Shown here: positions 54,709 to 64,000 of the stretch, piece after piece
Layout of the letters: each line of letters starts with the position of its first letter
How positions within the stretch are numbered: the stretch's first letter is position 1
Assembly: GCA_000091205.1 (NCBI GenBank)
Contig: AP006495.2
Strand: one strand, 5' to 3'
DNA: 64,000 nt
DNA from: Cyanidioschyzon merolae
Lineage: Eukaryota
The notes under the pieces: model-generated
Databases searched by the model: none
What the model was told of the DNA's origin: nothing
Seen by the model: the letters and a program-made list of their open reading frames with translations, nothing else
Translations under genes and position numbers: made by a program

Positions 54709-57700
54709 TGGGGATCTCGCCGACCGTCTAACGCGCAGCGTAGACGAACAGAGTCGATCCGCCGGGTGCGCGGCTAGCGGCGCCCAGGACAAGCCGCAGA
54801 CATTGTGCTCGGTGCAAGACGTCACCGCGTCCACTGCACAACGTTTTGACGTGCGCCAAAGCAAGGAGTGCGGCGAAGCTGTCCAGAACTTCAGCGAGCT
54901 TGGCGTGGGGAAGCAGCAAGAGCACGCTGATCCACGAACGGTCTGGCTTCCAGGGTCACCTGAGCCGACCGCGTTTCCCCAAGTCCGACTGGTTGGCAAC
55001 TGGGACCTACCGATGGTGCCCATGAACGAAGAACCCAGCGAATACACATCCTCTGTCAGGGAAGGCGCTGTGCCTGACCTGTGTGAAGAGGGTTCGGTTA
55101 CACGTGCGTCCAGAATAGGAGCTTGCGTGGTGCAAGCCGCGAGCCATTCCCGAGAAGCAGTCGCAGGCGACGCGCAGTCTACCGATGACCAGGAGAGCGA
55201 GATGCACACCGCAAGCGCGTCGACGACGACTGCTAGCTCGTTGAAGCAGTGCACAGCAGACGGGAAAAGCGGCGAATCCACCCAGAGGCTGCATACAGAC
55301 TCGAGAGCGTCCTCTGGCATCGCGTTTGTGCCCTACAAAAGTGAAGAAGAGGTACTGGCGGATTTAGAACTCGAGGATTCGATGGACGATCATACCTACA
55401 CACTGCTTGATCTTAGAAAATCCTTGCCAGAGCAGATGCAGCGCCGGTCCTACGCTTGCCCAACGGTGCGAGACGGCAGCAGGTCAGATCGTCACCTGGA
55501 TAGGCGGGCATTCCGTGGCGAAAACGAAGAAGAACACGACGACGATAGCTCCAGCGGACCAGATCGGGATGTCTGGACGCCACCGGCTACGCCTTTGGAT
55601 AGCGAGATGCCGCTCATCGTGTGTCCACCGGAGCCCGTCTGGCCATGCGAGGAAGATCTGCGGGATCTCACACCCGCTGAACTTGCACGCTCTACGGATG
55701 TATTCATGCAGGTTGCGGAGGAGCTGCATTTCCACTGGCGTGTGCTCAAGCTCGGTACCGATCCGGTAACGCCAACCCCTCTGCTTGAGCGTCTTAAGTT
55801 TCTCTGTATCGTATCGAGCAACCTCGATGAGTACTTTTCCAAAAACATGTACGATGTGTCAAAAACAATGCGCCCACTCTACGAACGGATTTCAGCTGCG
55901 ATACGCGACATCACTGCTCAGCAGGAGTCCTGTTTCACGGACGTTATTCTACCAGCGCTCGCTCGATATGATATGCGCATTCTACGTTACGCAGATCTCA
56001 GTATGACGCAGCGAGCGCAGATGAACGCGTTCTTCCATGCTCGTCTGTTTCCACTGCTTACCCCGCTGACCCTGGATCCGACGCATCCGTTTCCGCTTCT
56101 GCGCAGTCACTCGCTGTACCTGGCGGTGCTGCTGAAAGGCGCTCAGCTGATGCCGCCTTCGGAACACGACGCCCACGACGGCGACGAAAGTCCGATTCCG
56201 GCGCTGAGTCCACCGAACGCCTCCCTGGACCGCTCGATAGCCACTGCGCTGCCCTCTGATACCCACGTCGCCTGGGTCCGAGTCCCGTCGTCGTGTAGTC
56301 GCTTCATTACCGTGGACAATGAGAAGCGTTTTTTGCCGGTCGAGGAGATTATCATCCAGAACTTGGATGCGCTTTTCGAAAACGTGCGCGTCATTGCAGC
56401 GTACCCGTTCCGCGTGACCCGTAATACCAAACTTGAACTGGACAAGATCGAACTCAACGAAAGTGAGGATTTTTTGAAAATTGTCGAAGAGAACCTATAT
56501 AGTCGACAGCGACGAGCCGCAGTGCGGCTGGAGGTTTCGCGCGATATGCCCGACGTGCTGACAACGCTGTTGCGCGAGCAACTGAACCTGGAACCCTTGG
56601 CTATGTATCGCTCAAGGGCTCCGATTATTGGCCTCAACGACTGTTTCATGCTGACGAACGTCAACATCCCTGCTTTGCGATACCCCCCGTGGCGTTTCAA
56701 GACGCACTCTATTCTGGCCGGCTACAAATACGGCGTCCAGAGCGGGCACACGGCCCATATGTTTGAGCTCATTCGACACAACGACGTGCTGTTCTCGTTT
56801 CCGATTCATTCTTTTGATGAGACCACTCTGCGTTTCCTCGAAAGCGCAGTTCGGGACCCCGCAGTGCGCCTGATGAAAATGGTGCTGTATCGATGTGGGA
56901 ACAATTCACCTGTCGTGAAGCTGCTCATGGAGGCGGCTCGGCGTGGCATTGATGTCAATGTGCTGGTTGAACTCAAAGCTTCCTTTGATGAGGATCAGAA
57001 TGTCCTCTACGCTCGCATGCTCCAAGAGGCGGGCTGTAACGTCGCGTACGGGGTCAAGGGCTACAAGACCCACGCGAAACTTATTCTCGTGGTTCGCGAG
57101 GAGAATCATGCCCTGGTCTCGTATTGTAACGTCGCCACTGGCAACTACAATGCAACGACGGCGAAAATCTATACGGATTTTTCGCTGTTCACCAGTCGGG
57201 AGGATATCTGCGCCGATGTCACCGATTTGTTCAATGTGTTTACGGGGTATAGTGCGAAGCGATCGTTTCGCAAACTCCTCGTTTCACCGGTGAACATGCG
57301 CGATCGTTTCCTCGAACTCATTCAGCGCGAGATAGATAACGCTCGTGCGGGCTACCCGGCGAGAATCATCTGCCAGTGCAACGGTATCACTGAGGTGCTT
57401 ATCACCCAGCGACTCTACGAGGCGAGCATGGCCGGCGTTCGTGTCGACCTCATCGTACGCGGTATCTGCCGTGTTCGACCCGGCATCACCGGCATCAGCG
57501 AGAATATTCGCGTGGTGAGCATCCTCGGGCGTTTTTTGCTTCACGCTCGAGTGTTTTATTTTGCGAACGCCCGTGAGGCTAAACCCGAGTACTATATCGG
57601 GTCTGCGGACTGGCGTACACGAAATTTGCTCGCTCGTCTGGAGGCTGTCGCCCCGGTTGAAGACAAGTACCTGCAGCAGACACTCTGGCGACACCTGAAT

Positions 57701-58495
57701 CGGCTGTTGAGTGATTCTGTGAACGGTTGGGAGATGCTCCCCGACGGTCGCTACGTGAAAGGCGAAAGCGAAGCGCTCGGGCATCTCCGAGATGCGATCA
57801 TGGCTGCGCGTCGGGAGGCCGAAGCCGAGGCCCTCAAACCGCCAGCACAAGCACCGGTGTCGGCGGACGAGGTGACACCGGGCTCGTCGGAGGCCGAACA
57901 CTTGCCCGTCGTGCGTAAAGCTGGTTGTGTTCCGGTTCGGTTGAACCGGCGACACAACACGCGTCGAGACGATATTGGCACGCGGTACGAGGTGCTTCTG
58001 ATCACCTCTACCTCGTCGTCGTTTATTGCGCGGCATCCGAATGATTCGCGCGTCTCGGAAATACCGGACGGTGGCATCACGTGGGTCTTCCCCAAAGGCA
58101 GCATGGCGTACGGTGAAGATGGCCGCAGTGCTGCGCTGCGCGAGGCCCTCGAGGAGGCCGGAGTCAGCGGCGAACTCGGGCCGCTCCTCAGTGTCAGCAC
58201 GAAACGCAAACGGAGAACGGTGGTCATGACCGAGTTTTATTTGCTGCATGTGAAACAGCAGCTGTCCCAATGGGGCGAAAGCAGCCAGCGACACCGGCGC
58301 TGGTTTACACTAGACGAGGCAGCGAATGTGATCACCAAAGAGTATCTCTTGGAAGCGCTGATGAAGGCTCGTCAAGCGCTCGGCGAAACGCCTACCAGCC
58401 AACCGACATCGCCACCAGCACCACCAGCACCACCACCAGCAGCAGCAGCAGCAGCAGCATTCGAATCGACTACCAATGGCGGAAAAAAGCACTGA
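54587..58495 (+). CDS. PPK1: Polyphosphate kinase 1 (PPK1, full N/H/C1/C2 architecture) fused to a C-terminal DIPP-type Nudix hydrolase domain, preceded by a ~360-aa low-complexity N-terminal extension
   Basis: PPK1 blocks: 'LLERLKFLCIVSSNLDEYF', 'FRVTRNTKLELDKIELNESEDFLKIVEENLYSRQRRAAVRLEV', HKD-1 'YKTHAKLILVVREENHALVSYCNVATGNYN' and HKD-2 'RFLLHARVFYFANAREAKPEYYIGSADWRTRNL'. The Nudix region 'RHPNDSRVSEIPDGGITWVFPKGSMAYGEDGRSAALREALEEAGVSGELGPL...RHRRWFTLDEAANVI' parallels human DIPP 'RHPDRWIVPGGG...REVCEEAGVKGTLGRL...RKREWFKIEDAIKVL'. It is one continuous ORF of 1302 aa. Confidence 0.9.
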
Positions 58496-58987
58496 GACGC
58501 ATCACCGCAACGTTTACGCGCTTACGCGACGCGCAGTGCGGGGTGCACTCGACAGCACCTCCGAGACTTGCCCCAGAGGCGACATGCGCGGTCTCTGCGT
58601 GCGAGGTGCAGACGAGTGAGCAGCGGGTATGGAGATCCTGTTTAGGTCGCGCTACCGATATTCGGGAATCGTTGTTCTAAAGCAGTGGTTGTGCGCGTAA
58701 CACCAAAGGAGACTATCGCGAGATGCGGATGGTATGTTCGTGATCGCAAGAGGCATCCTCTTCGCCAAACCGCAAACGCTGCGCGCTTGAATCATGCGCA
58801 TAGAAGCGCGTGCTCCATGCTGAATCCCCAGCAAAGCAGCACTTGGAAGCTGATGGAGCCTTCGCTGCGGCTCTTGTAGCAGCCTCGCAGCAGAGGCTCG
58901 AGGTCAAAAGTTGTTAGCACGGATAGATGGATATGTATGTTACTCGACATATAGAAAATGCACCAAGATCCGTGCTTGCCGCGCAGG

Positions 58988-59215
58988 TGTGCGCACGATC
59001 AGCACTCCGTGATCCATAGGTACATATTCATACATCTTTGGCACTGTTCACCTGGTATCGCTATCAGCGCGCACGATCAGCACTCCGTGATCCATAGGTA
59101 CATATTCATACATCTTTGGCACTGTTCACCTGGTATTCCTATCAGCGCGCACGATCAGCACTCCTTGATCCATAGGTACATATTCATACATCTTTGGCAC
59201 TGTTCATCCATCTCG
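58988..59215. repeat. Minisatellite, three copies of a 78-79-bp unit, between the convergent PPK1 and OSCA genes
   Basis: The unit 'cgcacgatcagcactccgtgatccataggtacatattcatacatctttggcactgttcacctggtatcgctatcagcg' recurs starting at 58991, 59070 and 59148. The listed ORF 58958..59332 is its translation artefact. Confidence 0.85.
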
Positions 59216-59255
59216 CTGTGCGCGCTGCGCGCATGTTCTTCGATGTACGCGGCGT

Positions 59256-62159
59256 TCAGGGCGGCGCTGCACGTACCAGCTGCAGTGCGTAGGTTCCGAA
59301 CAGCACGAAACGCTGCCGTATCCGATGCGTAAAACCTACAAGACGATCAGGATGCCACCGCAGCTCAAGCAAAAGTCCCCATAAGTACGCCACGCTCAAG
59401 AGAAGCACCAACAGGAGCCCGGTATTCCCGTATATCCATGACAAGAGCACCAGAAGAACGATCGCAGTGGTCAGCACCACAGCGCCGGCGTTGGTCGCGG
59501 TCCGCGCCATTCGCGTATCCGTTGGATGCGGTGGATGCACTTTGCTCAAATTGTACCGATCTGTAAAATACTTGGTGACAAGATACAGTCCAATAAAAAG
59601 CCACAAAAACGGTACGAATGGACCGAGGAAGAACCCAATCGCGAGCACTTTGATGACCTGGGCGTAGGCGTACGGGTAGTCAAACGGTGCAGCCTGGCCG
59701 GCTTGGGCGAGCACCAGTGGCGTGTAAGCGTGCTGGCGACGCCAAAGAAAGCGTAGCCAGTGCATAGGGTGTAAAAGCGCCAAGCTATTCCCCGTAAGCG
59801 CCAGCTGGATGAGAAAGTTCGTGTAGAAAAAGGCATTATCGCCACGGAAGATCCGCTCGACCACTTGAAGCACTCGTTGGGGTGTCTTTCCGCTCGCCGC
59901 CCGGCGATAAGCCAATAATACAACCTCAGCGGCAGTGTTGATAGCGAGCGACGGTAGAACCAGCGTGTTCAGCAGATAATATGCGATGCTCTTTCGCAGA
60001 ATCGATGCCTCTTCTGCAGAGCGCGTCATATGACTCTCGTGCTTCGCCAATTGTCGCAGCATCCACGGGACGGCACTGTTGATCAACATCAGCAGACCAA
60101 CGGGTAAGTACGAGAATACAAAGGCCGTTGGCCAGGAGCTTCGTCCCGTTCGCATGCCAGTCGCCTCGTCGATCCGGATCAGCGTTCGACGAATCTGCTT
60201 GGACCATGGACTCGAAGCGCGCAGGACATGTTGTATGGCACCATGCATCTCAAAGCGCCTGGAAAGTGTCTTGAAACAGCTCAACATATCGATTCCTCTG
60301 ATGTGAGGATTCCCTACAACACTACCAACTGGACCGTGTTGATGATCGCTGGACTGCCTCCAAAACAGACACCAACGGCTTGCGTTGGGCGCTGTAAACG
60401 CTTGCAGCGAGCTGAGCGGCGCATTCGTCGTTGCGCTCGCCAGCACCTGAAGAACAGACAGAATCGCTACGGGCGAGCTCAGAAACAAGAGACCAAGTGC
60501 GAAGAGCACATTCAATACGACTTCACGTAGCCATCGCTCCCAAGCCGGTATGCCCAGATGGGACCACTGCACGTCCGATAAAGATTCAACAGCCTCGGCG
60601 TGCAGTGGGCGAAAAAACGCCTCGTTCACGTTCTCGTTAGAGGAGGCATCTCGCGTGGGAATCGCCTCCCTTAATTGCAGGCCAGAAGTCGCACTGTCCG
60701 CTACCAGAGGCTGTTGGAATGCATCGTCTACGGAAGCGCACAAGCGACGGCACGCGCTCATGAGCCGTGGCAGCAACCGCCGCTGACGACGATGCCGTTC
60801 GCAATCGACAAGACACTGGTGGAACCACCAAGGCTCCCGGAAAGCGACCAGAATCCAGCCAGTAAAGCGCTCGGCATGCTCGCTGCCCGCAGTCCGTCCA
60901 TCATCATCATCATCATGCTGGTCAAGTTGGGCGAGCTGCTGTGCTAGCCGCGCGAGCTCAGCTTGTCGCCAGAGCTCGCGCTGTTCCAGTTGTGCCGACG
61001 GTGATGTGGTCCACAACCGCAACCCCAGAGGTATGTGGATTTCTTCACTAGGCAGCGAGGCCAAGTACTCGTAGAAGGCTTGCAGGTAGCGACGCCGGCG
61101 CTGGCGCTCTGCAGCTACCAGTTGTCCACGGTAGATGAGCTCTACTTTCTGAATCGATAACTGCGGGTACCTTCTGTAGAGCGCTGCTTCAATACGAGCT
61201 GCATCCCAGCCTTGACGAGGCCAGCCGCCGAGCAACAAATACAGCGGCCTCTGCTTTCGCCTCGAGGCCTGCCCTGCTTCCATCGAGCTCGTTCGTGCAA
61301 GGCTATCGTAGCGGGCCGGTAGATGACTCGCTGCATCCGGTGGCGTCGAACGTTCGTCGGCTGGAGACTCGACAGCACCCACGGAATCGTGCCGCATCGT
61401 TGGACTCAGCGCGAGTCGCCACAGGACAATGGTGGTTACACACGCCATCCAGACTGGAAGCTGCATGAGTACAGCGGCTCGGGCACCAGACTCGAAGCCG
61501 GCAGACAATGTGTAGGCGGTGTGCATTCTTTCCCACCAGGTGCGCCAACCAGAAGCACTTGACGTACTCCTGGTGAACCATAGCATCAATGGCAGTTGGA
61601 CAACAAGCCCATACAGACTAAGCACGCCCGCCAACAAGAGCGCAATCCAGACAAAACTCATGTACAGGTTGCGCTCTAGCGAGATATCCGCCGCAGGGCT
61701 TCTCGATGAGACTGTTGGAGTAGCAGCAGCAGCAGCAGCAGTGATAATCGTAGATGGAACATCTTTCTTGAGCTGCTCGACCGGCACACCTGTTAGCGTT
61801 TGCTGAACCCGTGCCGGTGCTCCCGCAAGCGCATCATCAATGGTATCATCCGCATCTTCCGCTACGATGCGCTGGAAATTGATCAGAATGCGCCGTTGCT
61901 CCGGTGTTAGGTGCGATGCGGGATTACCAACTGCTGCAAATAGCAACAGATTCAGCCCCGCGGTGATTAGGTTGATGCGAATGATCCATCCGACATTGCC
62001 GGTGATCACGAGACCTTCCACGATTTTTGGATCCTCCATGGGTGTTCTCCTAGGCGCGAAGCAGGACAAATCGTATGACTGGTGTTGCGCGGGTTTTGTA
62101 CGGCGATCCAGGCGTTTCGGAAATGCGGCGGACTGCCCCAAGCGCCTCGGCAAGAGCAA
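59256..62159 (-). CDS. OSCA/CSC1/TMEM63-family (DUF221) calcium-permeable stress-gated cation channel
   Basis: 967-aa polytopic ORF. The C-terminal 'PFDYPYAYAQVIKVLAIGFFLGPFVPFLWLFIGLYLVTKYFTDRYNLSKVHPP' matches the DUF221 signature (PL.LPF....YF..KY..DKYNL..VY). It also has a cytosolic linker domain and eleven hydrophobic segments. Confidence 0.7.
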   Translation of the reverse strand: MLLPRRLGQSAAFPKRLDRRTKPAQHQSYDLSCFAPRRTPMEDPKIVEGLVITGNVGWIIRINLITAGLNLLLFAAVGNPASHLTPEQRRILINFQRIVAEDADDTIDDALAGAPARVQQTLTGVPVEQLKKDVPSTIITAAAAAATPTVSSRSPAADISLERNLYMSFVWIALLLAGVLSLYGLVVQLPLMLWFTRSTSSASGWRTWWERMHTAYTLSAGFESGARAAVLMQLPVWMACVTTIVLWRLALSPTMRHDSVGAVESPADERSTPPDAASHLPARYDSLARTSSMEAGQASRRKQRPLYLLLGGWPRQGWDAARIEAALYRRYPQLSIQKVELIYRGQLVAAERQRRRRYLQAFYEYLASLPSEEIHIPLGLRLWTTSPSAQLEQRELWRQAELARLAQQLAQLDQHDDDDDGRTAGSEHAERFTGWILVAFREPWWFHQCLVDCERHRRQRRLLPRLMSACRRLCASVDDAFQQPLVADSATSGLQLREAIPTRDASSNENVNEAFFRPLHAEAVESLSDVQWSHLGIPAWERWLREVVLNVLFALGLLFLSSPVAILSVLQVLASATTNAPLSSLQAFTAPNASRWCLFWRQSSDHQHGPVGSVVGNPHIRGIDMLSCFKTLSRRFEMHGAIQHVLRASSPWSKQIRRTLIRIDEATGMRTGRSSWPTAFVFSYLPVGLLMLINSAVPWMLRQLAKHESHMTRSAEEASILRKSIAYYLLNTLVLPSLAINTAAEVVLLAYRRAASGKTPQRVLQVVERIFRGDNAFFYTNFLIQLALTGNSLALLHPMHWLRFLWRRQHAYTPLVLAQAGQAAPFDYPYAYAQVIKVLAIGFFLGPFVPFLWLFIGLYLVTKYFTDRYNLSKVHPPHPTDTRMARTATNAGAVVLTTAIVLLVLLSWIYGNTGLLLVLLLSVAYLWGLLLELRWHPDRLVGFTHRIRQRFVLFGTYALQLVRAAPP

Positions 62160-62195
62160 CGCACTTATGATGCTCCCGTTCTACGTTCGAGACGA

Positions 62196-62220
62196 AACAC
62201 ACACACACAAACATACACAC
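62196..62220. repeat. CA-rich microsatellite immediately upstream of the OSCA start codon
   Basis: 'acacacacacacaaacatacacac'. Further CA tracts lie at 62506-62532 and 62951-62965. Confidence 0.8.
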
Positions 62221-63449
62221 TGATCAGGTCTCTGGAAAAGGCCTGCAGGTCACACTGCCCGCTGCGATGCACCCACAGTCACTGATGACGCGAACAGCTT
62301 TCCACGGCAATACGAAGCAGCGCAGAAGGGTCTCAGACGCTGCCTCCGATGCAGCAGTGAGGAAACTAGCTGTCCAATGAGACAGCGCTGGCAGCTCGAC
62401 GGCTATGTGCGGCTTACGACCGTCGTTCTCGTCGATAACCTCGGAAAGAAACTGCACTTGCCTCGTGATACAAGAAGCTCGAGGCCAAAGGGCTGGTGCA
62501 GGCCGCACGCACACACACACGCACACACACAGAGACCCCTCTGCGGTACGACAAGCGCCAGCTCGGTGAAGACGTAAACAACGTTCACGGTACTGGTGAG
62601 GATGGTGTTAAAAATGTGCACCTCTGTACCAGCACCAACTCGACTGATCCTGCGATCGCCTATGGTTCGATTACCTGAGAAACCGTTCTTCGCTGATAAA
62701 ATTCCACAGCAGCAGCACTGCTGAAGTATATATTTTCCAGGAAATGACCCACCGGAGGTTGCGTTCCTCTTCGCGACTACCGTTACCGCGACCAGCAGGG
62801 TTTCACTGGTGTCGTTCGCTGGCAGTAGGGCGTAACTTGACCACCGCAAGAACAGGCAACCTGCTCCACTAAACCGATAACTCCGCTCGACTGCCTCCGC
62901 TCAGGTACGCGTAGGCTAATCACAGAAACCGTCAGGTCTATGCACTTTGGCAGACGTCCACTGGTGAGCACACACACAAGTACCAGCAGAGAGAAAGAAA
63001 GAGCACGTGAGCGTGAGATACACCCAGCCTAAAGTTCGGAAACGCCCTGCAACTAGTCAGCGCGCAGCTTCGAAGTGCTTTACCCACCGATCATATGCCT
63101 CCTTCAAGCACTCCCAGCGGAGACTGTGTGATCAATCCCGTTTGACTAGGAAACTCGGTACAGGGCTAAAGCCTATGCAATCGTTTCCCGAGTACGATTC
63201 CACGGAACGCTTCGTCCTCCGCGGACGCCGTGTGCCTCTCCTGGGCGGTATAGAGCTTTCGCGCTGGTGAGCAAAGCCCCGTGCCGGTGCTGAGCGCTTC
63301 GGGGTAACGGAGCAGCGGTGTTCCGTCTTCCTCGTGCTCAGGTTCAGAGAGAATCGTTGCGCTGGAACTAACGAACCGTTCCGGTTTCAGAGCGAGGCTA
63401 CGGGTACAGCGGGCTGCACACCCCCTCTCGCTGCGACGGGACCTCGTCC

Positions 63450-64000
63450 ATGGTACTCAGTTGCTTTGTGCCGCCGGACTATGAGAGAGGTCAACCGACC
63501 GACCGAGTGTGCATCGGGCCACCAGTGGACTTGCCGCTGACAACAACGTCCTTACAGCTGGCCCAGTTGCTGTTGAGTTTTCTCGCACAGGAGCGAGAGC
63601 GAGCCTCCAAAGAGCGATGGGCTAACCTGCGAACGCTCGCTGCAGCCAGCCGCAACCGCAAACGAGACAACTCCCGGAACGCTAGTGACGCCGATCAGCT
63701 CACTGAGAGCCAGATCCTAGCTGATCAGGAACGTCTGGCTGTTCTCCAAGCAGAGCACTGGGAGGCCTCGGAGAAAGAGCGTGCCGAAGCAGAGCTCTAC
63801 GCCGACTGGTCGAAACGACTAGAGCACTTGGCGCGTGAACTAGAAGCCAGCACCACGCCCGATGACACGAATAGTGCTGGTGCTGCTGGTATCGCTTTGC
63901 AGCAACTAGCGGCATTGCCGTTCGCATTCGTTGTCCTGGAGACCGGTCGCGAAGTCCGACAAACCTTGGCGGACGCACTATCTACTACGCAGATGACCAG
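63450..64000 (+). CDS. 5' part of a hypothetical coiled-coil protein; the ORF runs off the window end
   Basis: The frame is open from the in-frame stop at 63369-63371 to the window end. The first ATG is at 63450. The translation is heptad-like and charged ('QERERASKERWANLRTLAAASRNRKRD...ERLAVLQAEHWEASEKERAEAELYADWSKRLEHLARELE'). Confidence 0.3.
   Translation, partial: MVLSCFVPPDYERGQPTDRVCIGPPVDLPLTTTSLQLAQLLLSFLAQERERASKERWANLRTLAAASRNRKRDNSRNASDADQLTESQILADQERLAVLQAEHWEASEKERAEAELYADWSKRLEHLARELEASTTPDDTNSAGAAGIALQQLAALPFAFVVLETGREVRQTLADALSTTQMT

Noticed and set aside
57284-58294. 336-aa ORF on the minus strand inside the PPK1 gene. Similar long antisense ORFs occur at 3693..4412, 40799..41416, 41465..42094, 43761..44474, 44296..44922, 50175..51065 and 25090..25698.
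   Set aside because: They lie antisense to well-supported genes with clear homology. In GC-rich coding DNA, stop-free antisense frames are expected. None shows a recognisable motif.
58958-59332. 124-aa ORF with three internal repeats ('HDQHSVIHRYIFIHLWHCSPGI' x3)
   Set aside because: It is simply the translation of the 79-bp minisatellite. ORF 16587..16886 over the 68-bp array is rejected for the same reason.
1-64000. Kinetoplastid-style polycistronic organisation (GC-rich, intronless ORFs)
   Set aside because: Gene orientation alternates every one to three genes. Plastid-type S1, LpxB and the RHM dehydratase argue for an algal or other plastid-bearing host rather than a trypanosomatid.

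Overview
The window reads as GC-rich, intron-poor eukaryotic nuclear DNA. About 20 long uninterrupted ORFs sit on alternating strands, roughly one gene per 3 kb, so this is not a kinetoplastid-style polycistron. Divergent and convergent intergenic spacers are rich in microsatellites and minisatellites. Genes I can recognise by motif: EF-1 gamma, CK2 beta, an NADH-pyrophosphatase-type Nudix, NAD(P)HX epimerase (YjeF_N), a PAQR/Hly-III receptor, a membrane RING-H2 ligase, queuine tRNA-ribosyltransferase, eIF2B-gamma, an O-fucosyltransferase-family protein, an LpxB-like GT19 lipid-A-disaccharide synthase, an RHM-type UDP-glucose 4,6-dehydratase, a three-S1-domain plastid-type ribosomal protein S1 with a transit-peptide-like N-terminus, a Nab2/ZC3H14 CCCH protein and an OSCA/CSC1-like channel. 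The S1 protein, LpxB and the RHM-type dehydratase together suggest a plastid-bearing alga or protist; that is inference. The most unusual feature is a 1302-aa single ORF fusing a bacterial-type polyphosphate kinase 1 to a C-terminal DIPP-type Nudix hydrolase. The first ~3.3 kb is visibly AT-richer and carries a decayed TnpB/Fanzor-like RuvC nuclease gene. A Tc1/mariner transposase relic lies at ~47-48.1 kb. A ~230-bp dispersed repeat occurs twice (9.7 kb and 43.5 kb). No rRNA, tRNA or CRISPR array could be supported by eye.
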